Shown piece after piece: positions 1 through 8,578 of a stretch of 39,781 nt of DNA. Numbering within the stretch: the first letter of the stretch is position 1; every line of letters starts with the position of its first letter. The translations under genes were made by a program, and so were the position numbers. The notes under the pieces are model-generated. The model ran no database searches and was not told the origin of the DNA. It saw nothing but the letters and a program-made list of their open reading frames with translations. This stretch comes from a virus (lineage: Duplodnaviria > Caudoviricetes), in the IMG/VR virus record IMGVR_UViG_3300048889_000027, positions 1-39,781 of that record; one strand, written 5' to 3'.

Positions 1-127
1 TGGTAAACATATTGTAGCAAGTGTTGGAGGACGGCGCCGGCCCCACGCCGGTGAGCACTATGCCATTCGCGCCCGACAGGTTCGGGATCGAAATATAGAT
101 GTTATTCCATACGTTATGTTGGCTGTT
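1..127. repeat. Terminal direct repeat copy 1 (circular assembly overlap)
   Basis: 1-127 is identical to 39655-39781; a single ORF reads through the junction. Confidence 0.95.
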
Positions 128-748
128 TGTATTGTCGACACCGGCGAACGTCGCGAAGGTCGTGGAGCTAATCGCGGAGACGGCGCATTCATGGATCATG
201 ATATTAGCACTGTCGCCGAACTGGCCGGACGTGACGAGTATGCCGTGCGTCGCCATGCTGTTGCCGTCCAGGTTCAGGTTTCGCACGCCCCACCCCTGAA
301 TTGGCCCGCGAATGCTGATGATCGGCGCGGCACCGCCGGCCCAGACGATCATGGTGGACGAGTGGATCGGATAGCCGGTGAAAAACACCGGCGCGGCCAG
401 GACGCCCACGCCTTCGAGAACGACGCCGGCCTGTGTCGAGACCGACGAGGCGGTGCCATTCCCGATGGTCAGTGTGGCCGAGACCTTAAAGGTGCCAACC
501 CCGAGTTGGACCAGGCCACCGCCGGCGGCCGAGGCGGCATCGATAGCGGACTGGATGGCGGTCGTGTCGTCCGCGACACCATCGCCCACGGCACCGAATT
601 GTTGTGGTGTGAACACCGATCCCGGCACGAGCGAGGAGGCCAGAAGTTTGACGTTCTGGCTGCCCACGGCACGCGCCATATCCACGGCGGGAACGAACAG
701 GCTCGGCTTGTAGGGGACGGTCGTGTCGCCTGAAATCTTCCCGGACAT
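1..748 (-). CDS. Tailspike / beta-helix (pectate lyase 3-like) protein, 5' part; continues across the junction to 38978 (474 aa in total)
   Basis: Manually translated from ATG 748 (TAATG overlap with the upstream stop): MSGKISGD...QQFGAVGDGVADDTTAIQSAIDAASAAGGGLVQLGVGTFKV. The frame is open to base 1 and in frame with ORF 38978..39712. Confidence 0.85.
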   Translation of the reverse strand, partial: MSGKISGDTTVPYKPSLFVPAVDMARAVGSQNVKLLASSLVPGSVFTPQQFGAVGDGVADDTTAIQSAIDAASAAGGGLVQLGVGTFKVSATLTIGNGTASSVSTQAGVVLEGVGVLAAPVFFTGYPIHSSTMIVWAGGAAPIISIRGPIQGWGVRNLNLDGNSMATHGILVTSGQFGDSANIMIHECAVSAISSTTFATFAGVDNTNSQHNVWNNIYISIPNLSGANGIVLTGVGPAPSSNTCYNMFT

Positions 749-2280
749 TAGCTCATCCCTGGGGTTACGTCGATCCACGCGCCTTGAAGGGCGCGCTTGC
801 TGGCGGTGCTCCAACTCAACTCGAACACCCTATCGCGGGCCATGCCGAGCCGCTGGTATTGCAGGCTGGTCAGATATTCGCCCGCGTTCCCCGCTGTCTG
901 CACCACAGGATTGCCGAACGTGTGCCCTCGGTCATCCGACCAGCGCAGGCTCACCATGTCATGATCCACCCGCAATCCGGCCTCGCGCTTGAGTTTGGCA
1001 CCATCCTCACGCATGAAGGCACCGCCGGCATCGCGCAGAAGATCGTCCGCTGGCAGACCAACCCACTGGGGGCCGCGCGGCTCGCCGCACTCGATGTCCG
1101 CCATGAGCTGCCGGTAAAACACCCGCTTGCCATCATTCAGGATGTGCGGGTAGCTGCGCACGCGCTTGATGGGCGTGCCGTTGTCCGTGTATACGTCCTG
1201 ATCGAGCGCGTAGAGGTTGCCGTTCTGCCAGTCGCCGACGACACCGACGCCGTTGATGGGCCAATAGCAATTCGCCCTGTGCCTGTGCTCGTCGCCGTTG
1301 CTGTCGATCCAGAGCCATTCGTGCCACAACCCCGTGGTGATATCATGCACCCACGTCTTATCGGCGCGCGGAAACGTCAGGACGTAGAAGGTATGGCCGC
1401 TAAGCTGGTAACAGAAGCCGATGGCGTCGTTGATGCGCTCATATTTAGCGATCTCGGCCTCGATGGCATACGTGCTGATGCGCTTGGTCTCATACTTGGC
1501 GCCCATAATGACGATGCCACGGCCCTGCCGGTCGGCCGTCAGCCAGAACACTGAATTGTCGTAGTTGGCGACTGAGTATTTCGCCACGCAGCCGTGGTCG
1601 ATGAAGATGCCCGGCATGGACTCAAACGGGAAATCCGGCTTACCGCTGTTGAACCAGATCTCGGTCGTCTGCGAGCCGAACAGCCATATCTCGCGTTTGG
1701 CAACAGCCAGCGTCACCAGCAGGTCGGAGTAGCTCTCCTTGTTCGCGAACCAGAGCGGGTCAAACGTCAGCGCCAGGCTGTCGCTACTGTAGAATTGCGG
1801 CGTTGTCGGCTTATTAAACAGCAGATACGTGTCCAGATAGTCGACCTTGTCCGCGCCGTAGAACGTGCCGGCCGTGTTGTCGATCTGGGCGAAGGCGTTG
1901 CCCGCCAGCGTGACGTGCCAGCCGTTCCCGCTGCCGTCGACAATCACCATATCGAGGCCGTTGTCCGCCATGCTGACGGGCGTGCGCAGGCCGCCGGTGA
2001 TGGTGCCGAGCGCGGTGGCCGCCCGCGACACGGGATCGACGGAATACACGGTATCGCCGCCCACAGCATACACGCCGCCGGTGACGGACTGGCGGATGCC
2101 GCGCACCGGCCCTTTGGGCAGAACTCCTAAAAGTCTGGTGCCTGGTGTGGGATAGTGAGCCACCGGCATCGGCTCGCCCTGGTGCTCGGGCATCGGCTCG
2201 GCGAATAAATTCACCGAACGCTGCGCGGAACTAATTACGCTATGGGACTGATAGGCACCCCCTGTCAGAGCTACGCGCAC
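748..2280 (-). CDS. P22 gp10-like packaged-DNA stabilization / tail hub protein
   Basis: 510 aa; motifs SMADNG, EIWLFG..TTEIW, GCVAKYSV, GHTFYVLTFP, LRWSDDRGHTF, RLGMARDRVFE; position in the tail module. Confidence 0.85.
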   Translation of the reverse strand: MRVALTGGAYQSHSVISSAQRSVNLFAEPMPEHQGEPMPVAHYPTPGTRLLGVLPKGPVRGIRQSVTGGVYAVGGDTVYSVDPVSRAATALGTITGGLRTPVSMADNGLDMVIVDGSGNGWHVTLAGNAFAQIDNTAGTFYGADKVDYLDTYLLFNKPTTPQFYSSDSLALTFDPLWFANKESYSDLLVTLAVAKREIWLFGSQTTEIWFNSGKPDFPFESMPGIFIDHGCVAKYSVANYDNSVFWLTADRQGRGIVIMGAKYETKRISTYAIEAEIAKYERINDAIGFCYQLSGHTFYVLTFPRADKTWVHDITTGLWHEWLWIDSNGDEHRHRANCYWPINGVGVVGDWQNGNLYALDQDVYTDNGTPIKRVRSYPHILNDGKRVFYRQLMADIECGEPRGPQWVGLPADDLLRDAGGAFMREDGAKLKREAGLRVDHDMVSLRWSDDRGHTFGNPVVQTAGNAGEYLTSLQYQRLGMARDRVFELSWSTASKRALQGAWIDVTPGMS

Positions 2281-3112
2281 GACGCTTCCACTCCGAATAC
2301 GGTCGCCGGTTGCCTGCTTGCGCTGACATTGGCACCCACATGCAGTTTCCGAGGCAGTAGTTGCCGTTCACGTCGATCCGATCGAGCGTCAGACCAGGAA
2401 CGTAGGTCAGCCCCATGTCGCGCTCGAAACCCTGGAAAGTATCCCAATCCGAGGAAACCTGAATACCGCGACCTCCATACCTGAAATATGCTCTGTTGTT
2501 CGGGTTTTGGCATCTCTGCCGCATCGATACCCAGACCCAATACAGTTTGCTGTTCGCCTGACCATGTCGCCGAAACCGCTTCTTGGCACTGACTCCAATT
2601 CGACATCCGCATGATGCTGAAATGCCGGTGTTCAGACTGGAACCCACTACATCCCGCTCGGTGCCGCACTCGCAACGACACCGCCAGTATTGCGTGCGAC
2701 CGGTCATTCTGCCTGGCCTGAGCACGGTCCATCTTCCAAAAGTCCGGCCGGTAAGGTCCTGCTTTCGCGTGCATCGCGTAGCAGTGCCGTTGACAAGACT
2801 GAACCCGAAGACCGTCCTCTCGGTGCCGCACACACATCGGCACAACCACCGTATCTGCCGACGCTTCCCTGGGCTGCGCCCCAACACCGTCCAATCGCCG
2901 AACGTTTGCCCTGTCAGATCGACATATTCCCTCTGAAGGCATCCGCAGGAACGCGTGTGACCAAAGGTTAGCATTATGCTCCGCACGCTCGTCGGATTGC
3001 CGCATTCGCAGCGGCAAATCCATCGTCTGCCCTTGCGAATTTGAGATGTATCGAGGGTAATGGCTGTGAGACGACCGAATACTCGGCCGGTCAGATCGAG
3101 CGGAGCGGGCAT
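2240..3112 (-). CDS. HNH homing endonuclease with three N-terminal Cys-rich repeats
   Basis: Three DLTG.xFGxxTxx...WxCRCxCG repeats, then WVSMRQRC, YGGRGI, LDRIDVNGNYCLGNCMW. Confidence 0.9.
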   Translation of the reverse strand: MPAPLDLTGRVFGRLTAITLDTSQIRKGRRWICRCECGNPTSVRSIMLTFGHTRSCGCLQREYVDLTGQTFGDWTVLGRSPGKRRQIRWLCRCVCGTERTVFGFSLVNGTATRCTRKQDLTGRTFGRWTVLRPGRMTGRTQYWRCRCECGTERDVVGSSLNTGISASCGCRIGVSAKKRFRRHGQANSKLYWVWVSMRQRCQNPNNRAYFRYGGRGIQVSSDWDTFQGFERDMGLTYVPGLTLDRIDVNGNYCLGNCMWVPMSAQAGNRRPYSEWKRRARSSDRGCLSVP

Positions 3113-3152
3113 CCTTGTTCATTGCCACAATCTTTGTTCCAAAGCAACGATT

Positions 3153-3215
3153 GCGCTGTGCGCTCGCGATCACACTGTGCGCCTCGTAAGCCACTCCGGT
3201 CAGCGCCTGTTTCAT
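3153..3215 (-). pseudogene. Orphaned 5' stub of the gp10-like gene (MKQALTGVAYEAHSVIASAQR)
   Basis: 15/21 aa identical to the N-terminus of 748..2280; its ATG overlaps the stop of 3212..3934 (ATGA). Confidence 0.8.
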
Positions 3216-3934
3216 GCCAGTATGCTCACGCGCACTTGCGTCGTGCCGCCGACAACCGGATCATCGAACGGGGCCGTGGGTGGCGTGAAAGCGCCGTTGT
3301 AGCGTTGCACACCCTTGGTCACGCGCACCTCATCGATATATCCTTTGAATGGCACGCTGTTGGTCTGGTCGTTGCCCATGCGCGCCGACGTTGTCGTGGC
3401 ATCGACGGGGAGCATGGTCGCGGTCGGCGTGATGACAACGCCATCAACATAAACCCGCAACGTCGTGCCATTACCGCCGCTGTCCACCGCCAGATGCCGC
3501 CATGCGTTGATGCCGATGGACGGCGTCTGAAAGTAATCTTTCTGCACACCGCCGCTGTAATACCAGAACCGCGAATATCCCGACGACACGCCGAACCAGA
3601 AGGACGTGTTTGGTCCCGGCACTGTGATTCTGGCGAGCACGGGACAGGTCGCGTTAATCGCCGTCAGATAAATCCACGCTTCCATGGTAAATGGGGCGCT
3701 GCCGAAATCGAAGTCTGCCAGGGCGCCGCCAACGTCGACATAGGAGCCAGAGGCCGCGCCGATAAAGCAGGACGTGGCCCCGAACTTAGCCTGAGTTGAG
3801 GATGTGGTCGGCAACGGTGCGCCTGCTGCTGTCAACGGACGTGCCTGGGGAGAGTTGTCAGTGAACGTCGTTCCGCCGTTGGTGCCGTTGCAATGGCACA
3901 GCAGGGTGACATTGGAGATGAACGGATCGGCCAT
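3212..3934 (-). CDS. LamG/concanavalin A-like lectin-domain virion protein
   Basis: VTLLCHCNGTNGGTTFTDNS, FTMEAWIY, WRHLAV, FKGYIDEVRVTKGVQRY. Confidence 0.85.
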   Translation of the reverse strand: MADPFISNVTLLCHCNGTNGGTTFTDNSPQARPLTAAGAPLPTTSSTQAKFGATSCFIGAASGSYVDVGGALADFDFGSAPFTMEAWIYLTAINATCPVLARITVPGPNTSFWFGVSSGYSRFWYYSGGVQKDYFQTPSIGINAWRHLAVDSGGNGTTLRVYVDGVVITPTATMLPVDATTTSARMGNDQTNSVPFKGYIDEVRVTKGVQRYNGAFTPPTAPFDDPVVGGTTQVRVSILA

Positions 3935-4713
3935 TAGACGCGGGCTGCCAGCAGGGTTATTCCCAAATCCGCGAGAGTAGCGTCCGGGGTTCCCGGCGCC
4001 ACGACCTGCAGCACGTCGCCGACAGCGAGCGAGCCGCCGGCGCCGGCCAGCGTGCAGCTCGTGTTGCTCGTGGACGTGACGGTGACGGTGCCGAGCGCCG
4101 TCGTGCTGCCGCCGCTGATCTTGTTGAGCGTGAACACGGCGGAGGATGTTGTCTTGGTGGTGTCGTAAACTACAGTCCCCGCCAATGACGCGGGGACGGT
4201 GACGGCCATCGGCATCGGCACGTTGACACGGGCGGATGCCGCCGGAACTCCGGCGAACGGGAAGCTGATCGGCAACTGCTGCACCTCGGTCGGAAGCTGC
4301 GCGTATGTCACCGACCCGCTCATCGTAGAGAGTGCCGGCAGTCGTGCGGCGGCGAGCGTGCCGGTGGTGATGTTGGTAGCGTTCGTGGTGTCGGTCGTCG
4401 CCGAGGCCGCGAACAAGACGCCACTGGTCTTGCTGACGGTAGGGTTGGGGAATGTGCCAGACAGGTCGCCGCCTGCCGCGCCGCTCGGCGGTGAGCCGAT
4501 GACCTGGAGCGTGCCACCCGCGGCTGTCAGGCTACTGCCAAGCGCGTTGACCGCAGGGCCGTTCCAGGACACGGAAAGCGTGCCCGTGGTGGTAATCGGG
4601 CCGCCGGAAATGCCAGCCCCTGACGTGGCGATGGTGGTGACGCTGCCTGCTGGACCAGGAGGCCCGACGCTCCCCGCCGGCCCTCTCAGATTTCCTGTCT
4701 TAGCCCAAGCCAT
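3934..4713 (-). CDS. Tail fibre-like protein with a short collagen-like N-terminus
   Basis: [13 protein letters not shown]; [14 protein letters not shown] motif; Thr/Ala/Gly rich. Confidence 0.7.
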   Translation of the reverse strand: MAWAKTGNLRGPAGSVGPPGPAGSVTTIATSGAGISGGPITTTGTLSVSWNGPAVNALGSSLTAAGGTLQVIGSPPSGAAGGDLSGTFPNPTVSKTSGVLFAASATTDTTNATNITTGTLAAARLPALSTMSGSVTYAQLPTEVQQLPISFPFAGVPAASARVNVPMPMAVTVPASLAGTVVYDTTKTTSSAVFTLNKISGGSTTALGTVTVTSTSNTSCTLAGAGGSLAVGDVLQVVAPGTPDATLADLGITLLAARV

Positions 4714-4784
4714 GACATATCGCCTCTTGCTTCATTCTGCCGGACCGAGTTACCTTGCGGGCCATGTAGGGGAGAGGAGCGACG

Positions 4785-5213
4785 GTGTATCTGACAGCTC
4801 TGGAGGCGACCCGCTTCACCTCCAAATACAAGCAAACCATCGATGATTGCCTGATCTGGCAAGGACCATTGGATAGGGACGGTTATGGCACCTTCTACTT
4901 TCGTCGCATGAACCGACGCGCTCATCGCGTTGCGTGGTTCTCTGTTCATGGCGATCTACCGGAAGACCACGTCATCCATCATATCTGTAAAAACCGTTCC
5001 TGCGTTAACCCGGCGCACCTTGAAGCGCTCATCAAAGCAGCGCACGACAGTTTCAACCCTGTTATCCACGCCAACAGCCAAAAGACACATTGCCCTAGGG
5101 GACACGCTTACGATCGTGTCTACGGCGGCCAACGCTATTGCTCCATCTGCGAGGCGATTAAAAGACGTCGGTTGCGCGCGAAGTGGACAGCGGAAGACAC
5201 GCTGAACATCTAG
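4785..5213 (+). CDS. HNH endonuclease (antisense to the late operon)
   Basis: CLIWQG...GYG...AHRVAW...IHHICKNRSCVNPAHL plus C-terminal KTHCPRGH...CSIC. Confidence 0.9.
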   Translation: MYLTALEATRFTSKYKQTIDDCLIWQGPLDRDGYGTFYFRRMNRRAHRVAWFSVHGDLPEDHVIHHICKNRSCVNPAHLEALIKAAHDSFNPVIHANSQKTHCPRGHAYDRVYGGQRYCSICEAIKRRRLRAKWTAEDTLNI

Positions 5214-5425
5214 CTGAACAGCCAGATATCACCGTTGCTGACATCGAGGTATGTGGAGCCTGTCGGCGCCGTGCCTGACGGCGGCCCACTGCCTTGAAGG
5301 AATGACGTTCCGGGGCTGCCGGGAGGTCCGGCCGGACCAGTCCCAGCGCTCGCAATGGCGGCGTTCAGCGCAGCCGCCGTGAGCACGTCGCCGCTTTCCC
5401 AGGGGTAGCTCGGAACACCGCTCAC
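5210..5425 (-). CDS. Small collagen-like virion protein (possibly the N-terminal part of 3934..4713)
   Basis: WESGDVLTAAALN, GPAGPPGSPG, YLDVSNGDIW. Confidence 0.7.
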   Translation of the reverse strand: MSGVPSYPWESGDVLTAAALNAAIASAGTGPAGPPGSPGTSFLQGSGPPSGTAPTGSTYLDVSNGDIWLFS

Positions 5426-6186
5426 AACACAGCTTCCCCGCCTAGCGTCCAGGCCCTGTTGAGGCCCTTGCCAACCCAGGACGAGACATCGCCACCACGG
5501 TGCCCGCTAAGTGCCGCCGGCATGCTCAACAGCCCGATTTGCGAGTTGGCGTTCTGGATGACGTTGATGGCCTGGCGCATCGCCGCGACATGGTCAGGAC
5601 GCGCTGGAAGCCCGTAAGCCATTTGCAGGCGCACACACAGACTCCACATCACCGCCTCCAGATACTCGGGAGGCAGGCCCAGCGGATCGGTGAGTGTCGT
5701 GTAGGTTGGCAGGCCAGCCTTCACAAGCAGGTGCATCTGGTATTGCGCGGCCGGCGGCACCGGCCAGAAATACACCCGCCCGGTCGGGAAGCTGCTGTCG
5801 TAGAACACGGCAGCCGGCAGGCTCTTGAGGTCTTTGACCGTGATCCCTGCCCAGTCCTCCTTAGCCTCGATGATGGAGAGCGGCAGGTCCACGGCGTTAG
5901 GTCCGCTGAACGGCATCAGCCGACACCAGGCGGCATGCAGCTTGTCCGGGCGCGCGGTATCGAAGTCCTGGCCGGGGCCGATGGTGTAGAAGGTGGCGCC
6001 GGTGGAGGTGAGCGACAGCTCCTGCTCGTTCCAGATCATCCAGCGCTGTCGCTGCCATTGGCTAAGCAACATTCTCAAGAAGTCGAGCGCAGTATTGGCG
6101 TCTTCTGCTAAGGGAGTTTGTCCAGTTCCGGAAATTCCTGAAGCTCTGAGGGTAAACTGGATCAAATCTCCTGTCGTTTCTATCAC
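5422..6186 (-). CDS. P22 gp4-like head-to-tail adaptor
   Basis: Downstream of the coat gene; LRASGI..GQTP.AED...AL..L..LL.QW, LPPEYLEAVMWSL pattern. Confidence 0.7.
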   Translation of the reverse strand: MIETTGDLIQFTLRASGISGTGQTPLAEDANTALDFLRMLLSQWQRQRWMIWNEQELSLTSTGATFYTIGPGQDFDTARPDKLHAAWCRLMPFSGPNAVDLPLSIIEAKEDWAGITVKDLKSLPAAVFYDSSFPTGRVYFWPVPPAAQYQMHLLVKAGLPTYTTLTDPLGLPPEYLEAVMWSLCVRLQMAYGLPARPDHVAAMRQAINVIQNANSQIGLLSMPAALSGHRGGDVSSWVGKGLNRAWTLGGEAVL

Positions 6187-6866
6187 TTTGGCCTCCAGGT
6201 TTGACCATAACGACGGACTGCACGGATGGTGGTTTCTGACACGCCGAAGCGCCGAGCAAGATCGATATTCTTGGCCGAACTAGCCTCTATCCGACGAACA
6301 TCCTGCTTGCTGAGCTTCGATGGCTTGCCGCTATTGCGGCCCTTGGCCCTCATGTCCGCGTTGTTGTCGGCAATGGTGCCGAGAAAGATGTGATCGGGTC
6401 GCACACAGCCAGGATTGTCGCACCTATGGCATGCATGCAGCCCTTCTGGGATCTTGCCGTTCTCCAACTCCCAAGCCACGCGGTGAGCCAGCCGTGCGCT
6501 TTCTCCTACACGCAGCACGCCATACCCCTGTGGGTTGCGCGTCCCAGTCCACTCCCAGCACCAGCGCGCCCGCTTGGTGTAGGCCGCAACACGTTCAGCC
6601 AGCGTCTTGCCGTGGATTTGCTGCTGCCGGACCTCGGTAGGATCGCCATTGCGGCGGAACGCCATGTAGTGGCGAGCACAGTAGCCCTGAGTGTCATAGG
6701 CACGACCACAACCTGGCACGCTGCATACCCTGGCAGGATCGGCCTTTCGTTCAGCACGCCGAGCCTCGATGCGGGCCTTGTTGGCGATCCTATAGAGGCG
6801 GTTGTATTCGCTTTTTTCATCTCGGTTCATCATGCCGCGATGATACGACATAACGGTGTGGGACAA
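6183..6866 (-). CDS. HNH endonuclease with N-terminal Zn-finger and C-terminal HTH (start may be ATG 6833)
   Basis: CSVPGC...YCARHY; CWEWTG...GYG...AHRVAW...CHRCDNPGCVRPDHIFLGT..DN; LARRFGVSETTI. Confidence 0.9.
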   Translation of the reverse strand: MSHTVMSYHRGMMNRDEKSEYNRLYRIANKARIEARRAERKADPARVCSVPGCGRAYDTQGYCARHYMAFRRNGDPTEVRQQQIHGKTLAERVAAYTKRARWCWEWTGTRNPQGYGVLRVGESARLAHRVAWELENGKIPEGLHACHRCDNPGCVRPDHIFLGTIADNNADMRAKGRNSGKPSKLSKQDVRRIEASSAKNIDLARRFGVSETTIRAVRRYGQTWRPK

Positions 6867-6872
6867 TTAGCG

Positions 6873-6917
6873 AAAAGGCGCCCCCGATCTGCCGGTTTGA
6901 CAGGACGCTCGGGGGCC
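6873..6917 (-). terminator. Putative intrinsic terminator/attenuator after the capsid genes
   Basis: On the minus strand: GCCCCCGA...TCGGGGGC stem followed by GCCTTTT. Confidence 0.45.
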
Positions 6918-6961
6918 ACACGCCAAGCTGCTACGGGGAGCGCTCCCCGTCCCGGCAGATG

Positions 6962-7381
6962 CTAAGCCGACAGCACCCAATACCAAACGCCGGGCCCCGG
7001 CGAGGTAAACGAGCACGCCTTAGCGGCGGCAAGGCTGACGCCCGTCGCCGCCGCCACGCCGTTGATGGTGTCGCTCGTGCCCGGTGCCGCGAACACCTGC
7101 GCCGCTGCCGCGCCGGCGTTCTGGACATACACGACCTGGCCACCGACAGCGGGCGGGAGATACACGCTATCGGCCGCCGTGGCGCAGACGGAGATGCGGT
7201 TGACTGCCGCGCTCAGCGGAGTGGCGGCTGCCCGTGTGCCGCCGGCCTTTGCCGTGATGCCGGCAGCATAGGAACGGCCGCCGCCGAGCGCTGCGGTAGA
7301 CGGGTCGAACAGTTGATGGCCGGGCGAGTAGGACGACGTGCTGACGTTGTCCTGCGGCCCTCGGTTGGCAAAGCCTGACAT
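6962..7381 (-). CDS. Putative capsid decoration / virion protein
   Basis: Immediately after the coat gene; GGAGG RBS; Ala/Gly-rich beta-type sequence (DSVYLP, DTING). Confidence 0.7.
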   Translation of the reverse strand: MSGFANRGPQDNVSTSSYSPGHQLFDPSTAALGGGRSYAAGITAKAGGTRAAATPLSAAVNRISVCATAADSVYLPPAVGGQVVYVQNAGAAAAQVFAAPGTSDTINGVAAATGVSLAAAKACSFTSPGPGVWYWVLSA

Positions 7382-7390
7382 GGCCGCCTC

Positions 7391-8578
7391 CTAATTTGCC
7401 ACGAGTCGAACAGCGAGTTGGGGTCGCAGCGTGGCAAATCCGAAAAGCACATCTATGCGGATCGGCATGGTGTCATCAGAAATCGAGTATTGTCTGACTG
7501 CACGCATAGATATACCGTCTTTTACTACACGACTACTCATGTCCACGCCACCTGGCATAATCAAGTCGGCTGTGGCGAAAGTAAAAGCGTCGGGATGGTA
7601 AGCAATAGACAGTCCCGTTGCTGTGCTGGCCGTGTTGGCGAACGTGATCGGCGCGTTGTTGGCAGGCGAAGCGGACACGTTCTGCTGCGGCCCTGACGTG
7701 ACGATGGCCGGCGAGATGGCCATGTTGCCGGCGCCGCCGGTGTAGGCTGCGGTCAGCGTGAACTGCTGCAGCACGCCGGTGTTGACCTTGGTCTCGGGAT
7801 GCACGCGATAAACGCCGGTAATCGTAAACACATCGCCCGCATTGCCTGCCCCCGTGCCGGTAATGACCGCGAGCGTCGATCCGGTCTGTGAGGCTGGCGA
7901 CACCAGATAGCCGCTCTCCGCACCGCGCGTCTGGGTGGTGAGATGGGTGTTCTCAGCCCATTCAAATCCAGCCGCCAACCCCATGACGCCGTCGGTGTAT
8001 TGCCTTTTTATTTCGGTAGTGGACTGAAAAAGGCCCTTAAGTGCGTCGACGAGGTCGACGTTGTCCTGTGTGTTTATCCTAAGCTGCCACTGCCTGGTCT
8101 GTGGCGTGAGATTGTCGAGCAGCAACTTGCGAGCCTGCAGGACCGTCTTGAACGGCATCGCCGCGCCAGCCGTCCCGACCTGGTTATAGATCGTCGGCCA
8201 CATCTGATTGATGCAAGTGCTTTCGATCGACGCTGCGAGTTGCGCAATCGCCGGCTCGATGTAACGGCGCGAGAAATCGTCGATCGACAGCGTGAGTTCA
8301 GCGCTGCTGAACGAGAAGTCTACGTGATACTGGTTGGTGATCGGCAGGGCCACCATTGTTTCAACGGTGTTCTGCAGGCTGAGCGCTGGCGTCATGCTGG
8401 TGGTATATTGCACCGGGAGGCGAATGCGCAGCGTGTTGCCGATCTTAGCGCCGCTCTGTGCGAAGCTGTCGTCGTATTCGCGGTTGATGGAGCCGATGAA
8501 GTTGCAGCGCTGATGGAGGATCGCCAGCGCCTTGGCCGTTATCATATTTATAGTCAACAGTGTGTTTGTGGCGGGCAT
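7391..8578 (-). CDS. P22-like major capsid (coat) protein
   Basis: 395 aa; NTLLTINMIT..AL, INREYDDSF...GAKIGNTLRIRLP, YHPDAFTFATADL, RIDVLFG. Confidence 0.92.
   Translation of the reverse strand: MPATNTLLTINMITAKALAILHQRCNFIGSINREYDDSFAQSGAKIGNTLRIRLPVQYTTSMTPALSLQNTVETMVALPITNQYHVDFSFSSAELTLSIDDFSRRYIEPAIAQLAASIESTCINQMWPTIYNQVGTAGAAMPFKTVLQARKLLLDNLTPQTRQWQLRINTQDNVDLVDALKGLFQSTTEIKRQYTDGVMGLAAGFEWAENTHLTTQTRGAESGYLVSPASQTGSTLAVITGTGAGNAGDVFTITGVYRVHPETKVNTGVLQQFTLTAAYTGGAGNMAISPAIVTSGPQQNVSASPANNAPITFANTASTATGLSIAYHPDAFTFATADLIMPGGVDMSSRVVKDGISMRAVRQYSISDDTMPIRIDVLFGFATLRPQLAVRLVAN

Noticed and set aside
1-127. Terminal repeat as a biological direct terminal repeat
   Set aside because: It falls in mid-gene and its 127-nt length matches a common assembler k-mer overlap; best read as evidence of circularity only
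2218-3152. Group I intron joining the gp10 stub to the downstream gene
   Set aside because: Only ~40 nt separate the stub from the HNH start and the HNH overlaps the new start, leaving no room for a ribozyme core; the duplicated N-terminus makes splicing unnecessary
6878-6960. HDV-like ribozyme on the plus strand
   Set aside because: The stem order is loosely similar, but no P3/L3 or catalytic J4/2 segment could be identified
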